64,000 nucleotides of DNA from Myxococcota bacterium (GCA_036149055.1 JAYZQJ010000227.1:1-64000), one strand, 5' to 3'. Counted from the stretch's first letter, positions 1 through 10,600 are shown. Program-made: numbers and translations. Notes: generated by a model not told the origin, from the sequence alone.

Positions 1-140
1 CGCGCGCCGGAGGCGCGCGACGTGGGTGGGGGGGCCCCCCGGAGCCGGCTGACCTGTCTCTTCGGAGGGTGCGGATTCACCCGGCGCGGAGACAGGTCTG
101 ACGGCGCAGCGGGGGGGAGGGGCGTGAAAAGCCCCTCCCG
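1..140. repeat. Multi-hairpin REP-like intergenic element
   Basis: Inverted repeats 1-8/12-19, GACCTGTCTC 51-60/GAGACAGGTC 89-98 with inner GGGTG/CACCC, and GGGAGGGGC 115-123/GCCCCTCCC 131-139. Confidence 0.5.
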
Positions 141-146
141 ACAAAC

Positions 147-935
147 TCAGCCGCCGAGGAGGGACTGGGCGAGGCCGACGAGCTCGCGGAGGGTGTCGCG
201 GGCGCTGGGCGTGAGGGAGGGCTCGCTGGCGGCCTCGGCGGGCGCGCCCTCGTCGGCCGGGGCTTCGGCGGCCTCTTCGGCCTGGGCGACGGGCTCGTCG
301 GCCGGGGCGACGACGTCGGTGGCGGTCTCGGCGGCGCCGCGCGCGACCTGCTCGACGAAGGGCGGGATGACGCCGAAGGCAGGCGCCGGACGCTCCGGCT
401 CCGCGAGCTCGGGCTCGGAGAGAGGGGTGGGCTCGGGCGTCACCGGCTCGGCGGCGGCCACCTGCGGCGCGGCGGGGGGCGCGAGCTGGGCGAAGACCTG
501 GGTCACGTAGACGCCGCGGCCGTTGCTCCGGGAGCCGAGGCCGACGTGGGTGACGTCGGGGTTCAGCAGGTTCGCCAGGTGCGCCTCGCTGCCCTCGAGG
601 GCCGCCTGGGCCTGGGGCGCGTCCCGGTGGAAGGCGACGTTCTCGGCGATGACGCCCGCCGGCACGCCCGCGCGCCGCACCCGGTCCTCGGGGGTGCCGG
701 TCTCGGGGGTGACGTGCGCGAGCTGCCCTCGCTCGATCATGTGGCTGGTGTGCGCCCGAGCCACCGCGTCGAGCTCCGCCGAGCGGCCGAGCGGGGCGAG
801 CTGACGCTCCACCCGCAGCGCGTTGATCCGGTTCAGCATCGCCTCCTCACCCGCCGCGTCGAAGTCCTGCGCCGAGGCCACGTGAGCGAGGCCGAGGGCG
901 GCGAAGAGGGCGGAGAGGAAGACGAATCGGCGCAT
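147..935 (-). CDS. CAP (SCP/PR-1) domain secreted protein with Pro/Glu-rich C-terminus
   Basis: Signal peptide MRRFVFLSALFAALGLAHVASA; INALR..L..VARAH..M..AENVA..SEAHLANLLNPDVTHVGLG CAP motifs; GGAG upstream of ATG 935. Confidence 0.85.
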   Translation of the reverse strand: MRRFVFLSALFAALGLAHVASAQDFDAAGEEAMLNRINALRVERQLAPLGRSAELDAVARAHTSHMIERGQLAHVTPETGTPEDRVRRAGVPAGVIAENVAFHRDAPQAQAALEGSEAHLANLLNPDVTHVGLGSRSNGRGVYVTQVFAQLAPPAAPQVAAAEPVTPEPTPLSEPELAEPERPAPAFGVIPPFVEQVARGAAETATDVVAPADEPVAQAEEAAEAPADEGAPAEAASEPSLTPSARDTLRELVGLAQSLLGG

Positions 936-1099
936 GGTGGGACTCCGGGGCAGGTGGGCGTGGGGACGCGGTGCAGAAAGCGATCCAGCGCTCCGAACGC
1001 GGCGCATTCGAGGATCGGTGCCCGGAGCGCCGACCTCCGTTCACGCTCGCCTCCGCCGCCGGGTTCACAGCCGACGTCGCACCCATCATCGTGGAGAGG

Positions 1100-1966
1100 A
1101 TGCCCCGGGCGCTCGCGCTGATGATGCTCGCCGCCGCCGGCTGCACAGCCGCGTCGGCGCAGGTGCGCGATCCGAGCCCGGTCCAGCCCACGGTGACGGC
1201 GCCGGTCCAGCTGCGCCTGACGCTCGACGAGGGCTCGACCTGGCGCCGCACCCGGGAGGCGTTCGCGGGCGACGTCGGCGGGCACTCGCTCCGCTTCGAG
1301 CTGACGAGCGCGCTCGCGCTGCGGCCGATGGGCGCCGGGCGGGTGAGCGCGACCGAGACGATCGAGCGGCTGAGCTTCGCGCGGGACGGCGAGCGGGGGC
1401 CGCTGCCTCCGGGGACGCACGGCGCGATCGGGACGCGGACCCACCTCGTGCTCGACGATCGCAACGAGGTGGTCGAGGCGCCTCGCATCGAAGGCCACGG
1501 GGGCCGCCTCCTGCGGGCCACGCTGCTCGCCGCGATCGAGGCGCTCCGCGTGCAGCTGCCCGAGGGCGAGGTGCGGGGCGGCGACCGGTGGAGCGCGCCG
1601 CGGGTCACGCTGTCGCCCGAGGGGCTGCGGGGGATCACCGTCGACGTGGACCGGACCTTCGTGCTCGTCGACGTCGAGGGGGATCGCGCGCGCGTCGGCT
1701 GGGAGGGCCGGATCGCGGTGCGCCCGTTCGCGGCGATGGGCGGGCGGATCGAGGGGCGCGGCGAGCTGCACGGCTTCTCGTGGATCGGCCTCGAGGACGG
1801 CGTCACCCGGCGGACCGAGCTCGACGTGACGCTCGCGGCGCGCCCGGCCGGGACGTCGGAGGCCCTGGAGCTGCTGCGGGTCGGCGCGAAGTACGCCGAG
1901 CGGACCGAGCGCGTGGGCAGCGCCGGAGACGAGATCCCGGAGGGCGATCGGCGCCGGCTCTGGTAG
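1100..1966 (+). CDS. Hypothetical lipoprotein
   Basis: Lipobox-like LAAAGC after hydrophobic stretch; GGAGAGG before ATG 1100; same strand as downstream genes. Confidence 0.65.
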   Translation: MPRALALMMLAAAGCTAASAQVRDPSPVQPTVTAPVQLRLTLDEGSTWRRTREAFAGDVGGHSLRFELTSALALRPMGAGRVSATETIERLSFARDGERGPLPPGTHGAIGTRTHLVLDDRNEVVEAPRIEGHGGRLLRATLLAAIEALRVQLPEGEVRGGDRWSAPRVTLSPEGLRGITVDVDRTFVLVDVEGDRARVGWEGRIAVRPFAAMGGRIEGRGELHGFSWIGLEDGVTRRTELDVTLAARPAGTSEALELLRVGAKYAERTERVGSAGDEIPEGDRRRLW

Positions 1967-1975
1967 GACGATCGC

Positions 1976-2785
1976 ATGACGATCGACGCCTGGATCCAGC
2001 ACCCCACGCCCTCGTTCCTCGGCCACGACATGTTCGCGTCGCTCCGGCGGTGGATGGGCATCGACGAGGTGCCCGCGTCGATCCCGATCGAATTCACGCT
2101 CGGCGCTCTCGAGCGCGCGGGCGTGGATCGCGCGCTGGTGAGCGCCTGGTACGGGCCCGAGGGCGCCATGATCTCGAACGACGAGGTCGCCGGCTTCGTC
2201 GCCCAGGCGCCCGACCGGCTGGTCGGCGTGGCCTCGGTCGATCTGCGCCGCCCGCTCCAGGCGGTGCGCGAGCTGCGCCGCTGCGTGAAGGAGCTGGGCT
2301 TCAGGGGCCTGCGCGTCCTGCCGTGGCTCTGGGAGCTGCCGCCCGACGACCGCCGCTACTACCCGCTCTACGTCGAGTGCGTCGAGCTGGGCGTGCCGTT
2401 CTGCCTGCAGGTCGGCCACGCGGGGCCGCTCCGGCCGAGCGAGCCGGGGCGCCCGATCCCGTACCTCGACCGCGTCGCCTGCGATCTGCCGGAGCTCACC
2501 ATCGTCGGCGGCCACATCGGCTACCCGTGGACGACGGAGATGATCGCGCTGGCGACGAAGTACGAGAACGTCTTCATCGACACCTCCGCCTACAAGCCGA
2601 GCCGCTACCCGGACGAGCTGGTCGCCTACATGCGACGGCACGGCCGGCGGAAGGTGCTCTTCGGCAGCAACTTCCCGATGATCCAGCCGGCCGACTGCGT
2701 GGCCCAGGTCGACGACCTCGGGCTCGACGACGAGGCCCGGGCGCTCTTCCTCCACCAGAACGCCGAGCGCGTCTTCGGCCTTTGA
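1976..2785 (+). CDS. Amidohydrolase family protein (amidohydro_2 type)
   Basis: IDAWIQHP, ELRRCVKELGFRGLR, GGHIGYPW, NVFIDTS, KVLFGSNFP, NAERVF motifs. Confidence 0.85.
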   Translation: MTIDAWIQHPTPSFLGHDMFASLRRWMGIDEVPASIPIEFTLGALERAGVDRALVSAWYGPEGAMISNDEVAGFVAQAPDRLVGVASVDLRRPLQAVRELRRCVKELGFRGLRVLPWLWELPPDDRRYYPLYVECVELGVPFCLQVGHAGPLRPSEPGRPIPYLDRVACDLPELTIVGGHIGYPWTTEMIALATKYENVFIDTSAYKPSRYPDELVAYMRRHGRRKVLFGSNFPMIQPADCVAQVDDLGLDDEARALFLHQNAERVFGL

Positions 2786-2809
2786 CATGGGACGCCTTCT
2801 GCGTAGAGT
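2782..2809 (+). promoter_or_regulatory. sigma70-type promoter (TTGACA-16-TAGAGT), probably leaderless transcript starting at GTG 2817
   Basis: Perfect -35 at 2782-2787, TAnnnT -10 at 2804-2809, 7 nt before the GTG. Confidence 0.55.
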
Positions 2810-2816
2810 CGCTTTC

Positions 2817-4508
2817 GTGAACGTACGGTCACTCTTTCTCGCTTGCCTTCTCCTCGCCTGTGACGGGCCCGCCCCGGACGACGCAGGGGTGCTCGACGGA
2901 GGTCGCGACGCCGCGGCGCCGGACGCCGGCCCGCCGGTGCTCTACGCCGCGTGCGAGGAGCTGGCCCCGCCCGACGATCCGCCGATGGCGCCGGTGCCGA
3001 GCACGCTGCTCGGGACGATCACCCCGGCGAACGCGCCGCTGTCCGAGCCCGGCCGCGACAACCCGGCGTCCGAGCGGGGCGAGCGCGGCTACCGGGAGCG
3101 CGGGCTGGACCGCTACGTCCGGGCGCCCGGGTGGGAGCGGGTGGTGCGCACCGAGCTCGGGGGCGCGGCGCCGTCCGGCGGAGCGCGCCGATCGCTCTCG
3201 TGGTTCGTGCACTACGCGGACTTCCAGCTCGTCGACGACGAGTCGCCCACCCGGCTCGCGCTGACCGACACGCCCGACATCCCGGGCGGCCTCCGCGCGC
3301 AGGAGGCCTACCTCCCGCGCGCCGTCTCCGCGATGAACCGGACGCTCGCCGAGCTGGCCGCGGCCCGGCCGTTCGACTTCGGCATCGTCACCGGCGACTG
3401 CGCCGACAGCGCGCAATACAACGAGACGCGCTGGGTCATCGACCTCATGAACGGCGCGGCCGGGCTGCACACCGACTCGGGGGACGACGACGACCCTCTC
3501 CCCGGGCCGGACAACGACCCGAAGGACCCCTTCGACGCCGTCGCCTTCCCCGGACCGTGGCTCTACGTGCCCGGCAACCACGACGTGCTCGTCGTCGGCA
3601 TCTCCCTGCCCGACTCGCGCCTGACCGACGCGGCCATCGGCACCGATCCCATCGGCGGAACGCGGGACTGGCGCCGCCCGTTCGGGGCGGTGAGCACGCG
3701 GGCGGTGGTCGCCGACCCGGATCGACGGCTCGTCGGCCGGGACGAGATCGTGCAGATGCTGCTCGACGACACCGGCGCCCCCGGCCCGGCGGGGCACGGA
3801 TACTCGCCGGAGGACGACCTGACCCACGGCGCGCACTACGCCTACGACGCGGTCGACGGGCTGCTGCGCATCCTGAACCTGGACACCAACGACGAGACGG
3901 GCGGCTCCAACGGCCTCGTGCGCCGGGGCGCGGTCGACTCCTTCCTCATCCCCGAGCTCGAGCGGGCGCGGGCCGACGGCGTGCTGGTGATGCTCGCGTC
4001 CCATCACTCGACCCGCTCCATCGACGTCTTCCGGGGCCAGCTCGGCTCCACGCCGGTCGAGGACGCGGTGCCGCCCGACGAGCTCGAGCGGATCGTGGCC
4101 GGCTACGAGAACGTGATCGCCTGGCTGGTCGGGCACAGCCACCAGAACCGGGTGCGCGCGGTCGCCGGGCCGGACGCCGACCACCCGGGCTACTGGGAGA
4201 TCATGACGTCGGCGATGAGCGACTACCCCGGTCAGGCGCGGGTGGTCGAGCTGGTGGACAACGGTGACGGCACGCTGTCGATCCTGGGGACGCTCGTCGA
4301 CTACGACGAGGAGAGCTGCATGGAGCGCCGCTACCGGCGCCTCCTGGTGCTCGAGCACGTGACCGGCTGGGGCGACCCCTCGAACGAGCTCCCGCAGAAC
4401 CTCAACGTGGAGCTCGTGCGCACGATCCCGCCGGGCGCGGCGAGCGCGGTGGCCGACGCAACGGGGACGGACCGGATCGAGAGCGAGACCACCCTGCGCG
4501 GGGAGTGA
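2817..4508 (+). CDS. Metallophosphoesterase (calcineurin-like) lipoprotein
   Basis: Lipobox LLLAC; motifs ADFQ, TGDCAD, PGNHD, ASHH, GHSH. Confidence 0.8.
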   Translation: MNVRSLFLACLLLACDGPAPDDAGVLDGGRDAAAPDAGPPVLYAACEELAPPDDPPMAPVPSTLLGTITPANAPLSEPGRDNPASERGERGYRERGLDRYVRAPGWERVVRTELGGAAPSGGARRSLSWFVHYADFQLVDDESPTRLALTDTPDIPGGLRAQEAYLPRAVSAMNRTLAELAAARPFDFGIVTGDCADSAQYNETRWVIDLMNGAAGLHTDSGDDDDPLPGPDNDPKDPFDAVAFPGPWLYVPGNHDVLVVGISLPDSRLTDAAIGTDPIGGTRDWRRPFGAVSTRAVVADPDRRLVGRDEIVQMLLDDTGAPGPAGHGYSPEDDLTHGAHYAYDAVDGLLRILNLDTNDETGGSNGLVRRGAVDSFLIPELERARADGVLVMLASHHSTRSIDVFRGQLGSTPVEDAVPPDELERIVAGYENVIAWLVGHSHQNRVRAVAGPDADHPGYWEIMTSAMSDYPGQARVVELVDNGDGTLSILGTLVDYDEESCMERRYRRLLVLEHVTGWGDPSNELPQNLNVELVRTIPPGAASAVADATGTDRIESETTLRGE

Positions 4509-4511
4509 GGG

Positions 4512-4856
4512 TCACCGCCCCATGAGCTCGAGGCGGTTGCCGAAGGGATCCCAGACGTGGACCCGGCGGAGGCCGGCCACCGGGCTCGACGCCTTCGTGC
4601 GGGCGCCCTCGAGCCGGGCCAGGGTGGCGTCGAGCGCGTCGACCTCCAGCGCCACGTGGGCGCGGGTCTCGAGCGGCGGCTCGTCTTGCACGCCGAGGTG
4701 CAGCTCCCCGCCGGCGAGCGCGAACCAGATGCCCTCGGGGTTCGGCATGTCCGCGGGCTTCGGGATTCGGGTCAGCCCCAGCCCGTCTCGATAGAACGCG
4801 AGCGCCTCCGCCTCGCGCCCGCGAGGGATCATCAGCTGCACGTGGTGAATCCGCAT
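4512..4856 (-). CDS. VOC/glyoxalase family protein
   Basis: IHHVQL..AFYRDGLGL..HVALEV..DPFGNRLEL. Confidence 0.9.
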   Translation of the reverse strand: MRIHHVQLMIPRGREAEALAFYRDGLGLTRIPKPADMPNPEGIWFALAGGELHLGVQDEPPLETRAHVALEVDALDATLARLEGARTKASSPVAGLRRVHVWDPFGNRLELMGR

Positions 4857-4871
4857 CGCCGAGAACGTAGC

Positions 4872-5330
4872 TCACGCGGTGCGTGGCTCGTCGTCGCCGT
4901 CGGTCAGCTCCTCCACCACGCTCATCTCCCCGGAGTGGGTGCGTCGGCGGTGGCGCTCGCCCCGGAGGAGCAGGCGGTCGGCGACCGACTCCGCGAGGCG
5001 GCGCGCGGCGTCGGAGGCGTCGGCGTGCACGACGGCGTAGACCGGCGCCGAGTAGCCCGCGCGCAGCGCCATCATCTGCCTGGCCGCGTCCTCGAGCCCG
5101 AGCACGTCGCCGCCCGGCGAGCGCACCCAGAGGAGCACCGGCCGGCCCTCCTTCAGCGCGGCCGCGAAGCGCGCGACGATCGCGTCGTACCCGTCGACCT
5201 CGCCGAACAGGTGGGTCTCGGCCTTGCGCGCCACCGGCCGGTCGAGCCGGAGCAGCGACCACGTGGAAGGCAGCGCCTCGAGACCGCGGCTGGCGAGCGC
5301 GCGGAGAGCGCGTACGGCGATGTCGTGCAT
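4872..5330 (-). CDS. Short protein resembling the N-terminal part of S49 (SppA/phage head maturation) peptidases, probably degenerate
   Basis: GYDAIVARF..VLLWVRSPGGDVLG..PVYAVV..ASDAARRLA resembles the S49 SPGG and S-A-A-Y region; no C-terminal half. Confidence 0.45.
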   Translation of the reverse strand: MHDIAVRALRALASRGLEALPSTWSLLRLDRPVARKAETHLFGEVDGYDAIVARFAAALKEGRPVLLWVRSPGGDVLGLEDAARQMMALRAGYSAPVYAVVHADASDAARRLAESVADRLLLRGERHRRRTHSGEMSVVEELTDGDDEPRTA

Positions 5331-5406
5331 GCGAGAACCCCCAGTCGTCCCATACGAGGATGAGCGGGGGCCCGTCAATAGCGAAACGAAACCTTCGAAT
5401 GATGAC

Positions 5407-5421
5407 ATAAGCTGAGCTAAT
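5407..5421. promoter_or_regulatory. Putative LysR box (T-N11-A, imperfect palindrome ATAAGC-TGA-GCTAAT)
   Basis: AT-rich dyad in the divergent intergenic region, overlapping the LysR start codon. Confidence 0.55.
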
Positions 5422-6331
5422 GAAGCTCGCGTCGATCAATTTGAACCTGCTGGTGGCGCTCGACGCGCTGCTCGACGAGCACAGCGTGACCCGCGCCGCG
5501 AAGCGCCTGGGCGTGACGCAGGGGGCGATGAGCCAGTCGCTGGCTCAGCTGCGCGAGATCTTCGGCGACCGCCTGCTGGTGCGCGGCAAGGGGGGCATGC
5601 AGCCCACGCGGCGGGCGATGTCGCTCGCGCCGGAGCTCCGCCGGACGCTGCGGGCGATGGAGCGGCTCCTGACCGACAGCCCCGCGTTCGACCCGACGAC
5701 GGATCGGCGCACGGTGCGGATCGCGTCGAACGACGGCGGTCAGACGGTGCTGCTGCCCTCGCTCCGCCGGGTCCTCGCCGAGCGGGCGCCGCACGTGGAC
5801 ATCGACGCCGTGCAGAGCAGCCAGGGGCGCTACGCGGAGATGCTGCAGAGCGGCGCCATCGACTTCGCGCTCGACGTGAGCATCGACGACGCCTCCGGCG
5901 TGCGGCACGCGGATCTCTTCCCGAGCGAGCTGGTGATCGCGGCCCGCCGCGGCCACCCCGCCATCCGCTCGGAGGAGCTGTCGCTCGACACCTTCGTCGA
6001 GATCCCCCACGTGCTCGTCGGCGTGACGACGCCCGGGGTCGAGAGCCCGGTGGACCGCGCGCTGAAGGCGATCGGGCGGGCGCGGCGCGTGGCCCTCCGG
6101 GTCGAGTACTTCCTCGTGGCCGCGCTGGTCTGCGCCGACTCCGATCTGCTCTGGCCGGCCGACCGCCGGGTGGCCGAGATCGCCGCCAAGCACCTCGACC
6201 TCCAGGTCTTCGAGTCGCCGATCCCGCTCGACGGACCGATGATCCGGCTCTTCTGGCACCGCCGCTTCGAGGACGACCCCGGGCATCGCTGGCTGCGGGA
6301 CCGCTTCGTCGAGGCCGCGCGCGCCGGCTGA
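5420..6331 (+). CDS. LysR family transcriptional regulator (NodD/LeuO-like)
   Basis: NLNLLVALDALLDEHSVTRAAKRLGVTQGAMSQSLAQLR HTH; C-terminal WH..DPGHRWLRD. Confidence 0.95.
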   Translation: MKLASINLNLLVALDALLDEHSVTRAAKRLGVTQGAMSQSLAQLREIFGDRLLVRGKGGMQPTRRAMSLAPELRRTLRAMERLLTDSPAFDPTTDRRTVRIASNDGGQTVLLPSLRRVLAERAPHVDIDAVQSSQGRYAEMLQSGAIDFALDVSIDDASGVRHADLFPSELVIAARRGHPAIRSEELSLDTFVEIPHVLVGVTTPGVESPVDRALKAIGRARRVALRVEYFLVAALVCADSDLLWPADRRVAEIAAKHLDLQVFESPIPLDGPMIRLFWHRRFEDDPGHRWLRDRFVEAARAG

Positions 6332-6367
6332 TCTTGTCCGCCCCGCCCGGGCGCGTAGAAAAGAGGC

Positions 6368-6784
6368 ATGGCCGCCGAGGGCTACGCGCTGCTGTTCGCG
6401 ATCGTGTTCTTGCCGAGCGCGTTCGTCTTCGTGCGCCGCTGGCTGCGGAGCGGCGACAAGGGCGTGCGCCGCGAGGTCGAGTCGCTCGACCGCACCCCCG
6501 TCGCCGAGCTCCGCCCCCGCGTGCGCGCCCGGGTCCACGGCGTCGCCCGGGGCACCCCGGTCGACGACCCCGACGGCGAGCCGGCGCTGGCCTGGCGCGG
6601 CGGCGGCGTCCCCTTCGAGATCGTCGACGAGACCGGCGCGGTGAAGATCGACCCCGCCGGCGCCGCCCTCGCCGGCCACCGCGTCGCCCCCGGAGACATC
6701 GTCGAGGCCGCCGGGCTCTTCGTCGACGGGGCCCTCGTCCCTCCCCGCGGCGAGCCCCTCCGCATCGTGCGCGCCGTGCGTTGA
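6368..6784 (+). CDS. Hypothetical membrane-anchored protein (weak GIDE-domain resemblance)
   Basis: N-terminal TM helix; VPFEIVDETGAVKIDPAGA segment; GAGG before ATG. Confidence 0.55.
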   Translation: MAAEGYALLFAIVFLPSAFVFVRRWLRSGDKGVRREVESLDRTPVAELRPRVRARVHGVARGTPVDDPDGEPALAWRGGGVPFEIVDETGAVKIDPAGAALAGHRVAPGDIVEAAGLFVDGALVPPRGEPLRIVRAVR

Positions 6785-6821
6785 CGGTTGCGGTTCGGCG
6801 CGGCGGCTCCAGGACGCGTGC

Positions 6822-7571
6822 ATGCGTCTCGTCATCGCCGCCGCCCTCTCGCTCGCCGCCTGCGCGGGCTCGCCCGCCCCTCGACCCGACGACCCGGCCG
6901 CCGCGCCGCGGGTGCTCGTGGTGCTGACCAGCCACGGGCAGCTCGGCGACACGGGGCGGGACACCGGCTTCTACCTGAGCGAGCTGAGCCACGTGTACTA
7001 CCCGCTGCGCGAGGCGGGCATCGAGCTGACGCTCGCCTCGATCGAGGGCGGCGAGCCGCCGATGGACGGAGTGAGCCGCGACGACGCGCTGAACGCGCGC
7101 TTCCTCGACGACCCCGAGGCGATGGCCGCGCTCCGGACCACGCGGCCGCTCTCCGAGGTCGACGCCTCGACCTACGACGCCGTCTATTTCCCCGGCGGGC
7201 ACGGGACGATGTGGGATCTGCCGGCGGATCCGGACGTGCAGCGCGTGATCCGCGAGGTGCTCGCCCGCGACGGCACGGTGGCCGCGGTCTGCCACGGCCC
7301 GGCGGCGTTCGTGGGCGCGACCGACGCGGACGGCCGCCCGCTGGTCGACGGGCGCCGCGTCTCGGCCTTCTCCGACGCGGAGGAGCGCGACCGCGAGCTG
7401 CACGACGTGGTGCCCTTCCTCCTCGAGTCCCGGCTGCGAGCCCAGGGCGCCACCCTCGAGCCGGCGCCGCCCTTCACGCCCCAGGTGGTCGAGGACGGCC
7501 CGCTGCTCACCGGGCAGAACCCCGCGTCCGCCGGGCCGCTCGCGGAGCGCTTGATCGATCGCGTCCGCTGA
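6822..7571 (+). CDS. DJ-1/PfpI (Hsp31-like) protein with lipoprotein signal
   Basis: LVVLTSH..TGFYLSEL, YFPGGHGTMWDL, AAVCHGPAA, TGQNPASA; lipobox LAAC. Confidence 0.9.
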   Translation: MRLVIAAALSLAACAGSPAPRPDDPAAAPRVLVVLTSHGQLGDTGRDTGFYLSELSHVYYPLREAGIELTLASIEGGEPPMDGVSRDDALNARFLDDPEAMAALRTTRPLSEVDASTYDAVYFPGGHGTMWDLPADPDVQRVIREVLARDGTVAAVCHGPAAFVGATDADGRPLVDGRRVSAFSDAEERDRELHDVVPFLLESRLRAQGATLEPAPPFTPQVVEDGPLLTGQNPASAGPLAERLIDRVR

Positions 7572-7692
7572 CGCCCCACGAACGACACGAAGCACCCGTA
7601 ACTCACATGCGATCCTGGAAAGCGACCTTCCCACATTGACATGAGCCATCGGTGAGCGACCCTTTCGCATCTTCCTTCGAACGAGGTGCGAG

Positions 7693-10600
7693 ATGCGTTG
7701 TCTGCGTGTGGTCGTGGGTGCGTTGGCTCTCTTCGCGGTCTCCGCGTGTGACGATGGCTCCGTGCCCGCCGACGGCGGCCCGATCCTCCCGGACTCCGGC
7801 GACGTCGGGGACGCCGGCCCGCCCGACAGCGCGGTCGGTCCGATGTGCGGCGACGGCGCGATCGAGGGCGACGAGGCCTGCGACGACGGCAACGTGGACG
7901 ACGGCGACGGCTGCTCGGCCGAGTGCGCGCTCGAGGACGGGTTCGCCTGCGAGGGAGAGCCGACGGTCTGCGAGACCGTGTGCCGCGACTCCATCATCGC
8001 GGCCGACGAGGAGTGTGACGACGGCAACGTCAGCGACGACGACGGGTGCTCGAGCGCCTGCCAGATCGAGCCCGGCTACCAGTGCTCCGGCGCGCCGAGC
8101 GACTGCGTGACGGTCTGCGGCGACGGCGTCGTGACCTTCGACGAGCGCTGCGACGACGGGAACGCCGCGGACGGCGACGGCTGCACGGCCGGCTGCGAGG
8201 TGGAGCCCGGGGTCACCTGCGAGGGCTCGCCGAGCGTCTGCACGGGGATCTGCGGGGACGGCGTGGTCGCGTCGATCGAGCCCTGTGACGACGGCGGCAC
8301 CGATCCGGGCGACGGCTGCTCGGCCACCTGTGAGGTGGAGCGCGGCTTCGCGTGCGCGGGCGCGCCGAGCGTCTGCATGGCCGGCTGCGGGGACGCGATC
8401 GTCGCCTCGGTCGAGGGCTGCGACGACGGCAACATGGACGGCGGCGACGGCTGCGCGAGCAGCTGCCAGCCCGAGCGCGGCTACGCCTGCAGCGGTGAGC
8501 CGAGCGCGTGCGCCACGGTCTGCGGGGACGGCGTGCTCGCCGGCGTGGAGGCCTGCGACGACGGGAACACGACCAGCGGCGACGGCTGCTCGGACGCCTG
8601 CGCGGTCGAGGCGGGCTTCCGCTGCGACGGCGAGCCGAGCGCCTGCACGGTGTTCTGCGGCGACGGGGTCATCCGCGGCGCCGAGGGCTGCGACGACGGC
8701 AACCTGAGCGGCGGCGACGGCTGCGACGCGGGCTGCGGCGTGGAGTTCGGCTACGCCTGCGCCGGCGAGCCCAGCGTCTGCGCGGTCGACGTGACGGTGG
8801 CGGCGGTCGCGCTCGGAGACTCGGGCGGCTGCGTGGTCACCACCACCCAGCGCGTCGGCTGCTTCGGCGTCAACTCGGACGGCGAGATCGGCAACGGGAC
8901 CGACGGCGTCGAGACCTTCCTGCCGGCCGACACCGGGATCGCCGACGCGACCCTCGTGGTCGCGGGCGCCGACCACCGCTGCGCGCTCCGCGGCGCCGGC
9001 GAGGTCTGGTGCTGGGGCGACAACGACAACCTCCAGCAGGCGGTCACGGGCACGGCCAACGACCAGCCCTCGCCGCAGCGCGTGGGCACCTTCACCGGCC
9101 TCCTCGACGTGGACACCGGCGGCGACCACACCTGCGTGGTCACGAGCGCGGGCGAGGTCCACTGCTGGGGGGACAACGACAACCGGCAGCTCGGCCGGGG
9201 CGGCACCTCCACCACCGACAGCGCCACCCCCACCGCGGTGACCCTGCCGGCCGGGCGGACCGCGACCGCGGTGGCGCTCGGGCAGGACCACAGCTGCGCC
9301 CTCCTCGACGACCTCACGGTCGCCTGCTGGGGTGACAACGACAACGGCCAGCTCGGCCGCGGCGGCGCCTCCACCACCGACAGCGCCGACCCCGCGCTCG
9401 TCGCCGGCCTGGCGGACGTCGCGCAGCTCGCGTCCGGCTACGACAACACCTGCGCCCGCGACTCGCTCGGCCAGGTCTTCTGCTGGGGCGACAACCTGGA
9501 CGGCGCCATCGGCGACGGCACCACCACCGATCGCGCGGAGCCGACCCTCACCACGCTGCCGATGGCGGCCACCGACCTCACGCTCGGGAACGACTTCGCC
9601 TGCGCCCTGCTCACCGACGGCTCGGTCCACTGCTGGGGCGAGTCGGTGGACTACGAGACCGGCCAGGGAGACATCCTCGACGTGCTCACCCCGGCGCCGG
9701 TGCGTGGCCTCGGGGGGCTCACGATCACCGACGTCGAGGCCGGAGGGCGCGGCGTGTGCGTGCTGACCGACGCGGCGCAGCGCTACTGCTGGGGCTACGG
9801 CGAGGCGGGGCAGCTCGGCCACGCGTCCGAGTCGCGCAACGAGCTCGGGGCGCCCCTCGCCTTCGCCGGCGGCGCGCCGACGCGGCTGACGCTCTCGCGG
9901 CCCGAGTACCGGGGCCAGGCCTGCGCGTCGTTCTCCGACGGAAGCGTGGAGTGCATGGGCACCGCCAACTCGGTGCGCACCGACACGACGGCCGGCGCCG
10001 GCGGCATCTTCACCGGCTTCAGCGAGCACCTGACCCGGCCCACCGTGATCCCCGCGCTCGGCGGCACGCTGCAGGGTGAGCTCGGCGACGGCTTCGGCTG
10101 CGGACGCACGGCGACCTTCGTCGCCTGCGTCGGCGACAACTCCCAGCGGCAGCTCGGACAGGGCGGCACCGCCACCACCGACAGCCTCGTCCCGGTCCCG
10201 GTGACCGGCCTCGGCGCGGTCGACGAGATCGGCGTCGGCGGGCAGTTCGCGTGCGCGCGCACCGGCGGCGACGTGGTCTGCTGGGGCGACAACGACAACG
10301 GCCAGACCGGCGTGGCCGGCACGACCGACCAGGGCACCCCGGTCGCGCTCCCGAGCGTGTCCGACGCGACGATGATCGCGCTCGGCGGAGACCACGGCTG
10401 CCTCGTGCGGAGCACGGGGGCGGTGAGCTGCTGGGGCGACAACGACAACGGCCAGCTCGGCGACGGAGGCAGCGCGGACTCGGCGACGCCGGTCGACGTG
10501 ATCGGCCTCCCCGCCGGCTCGGTGACCGCGCTCGGCCTCGGCGAGAACCACTCCTGCGCCCTGGTGGGCACGGAGATCTGGTGCTGGGGCGACAACGGGT

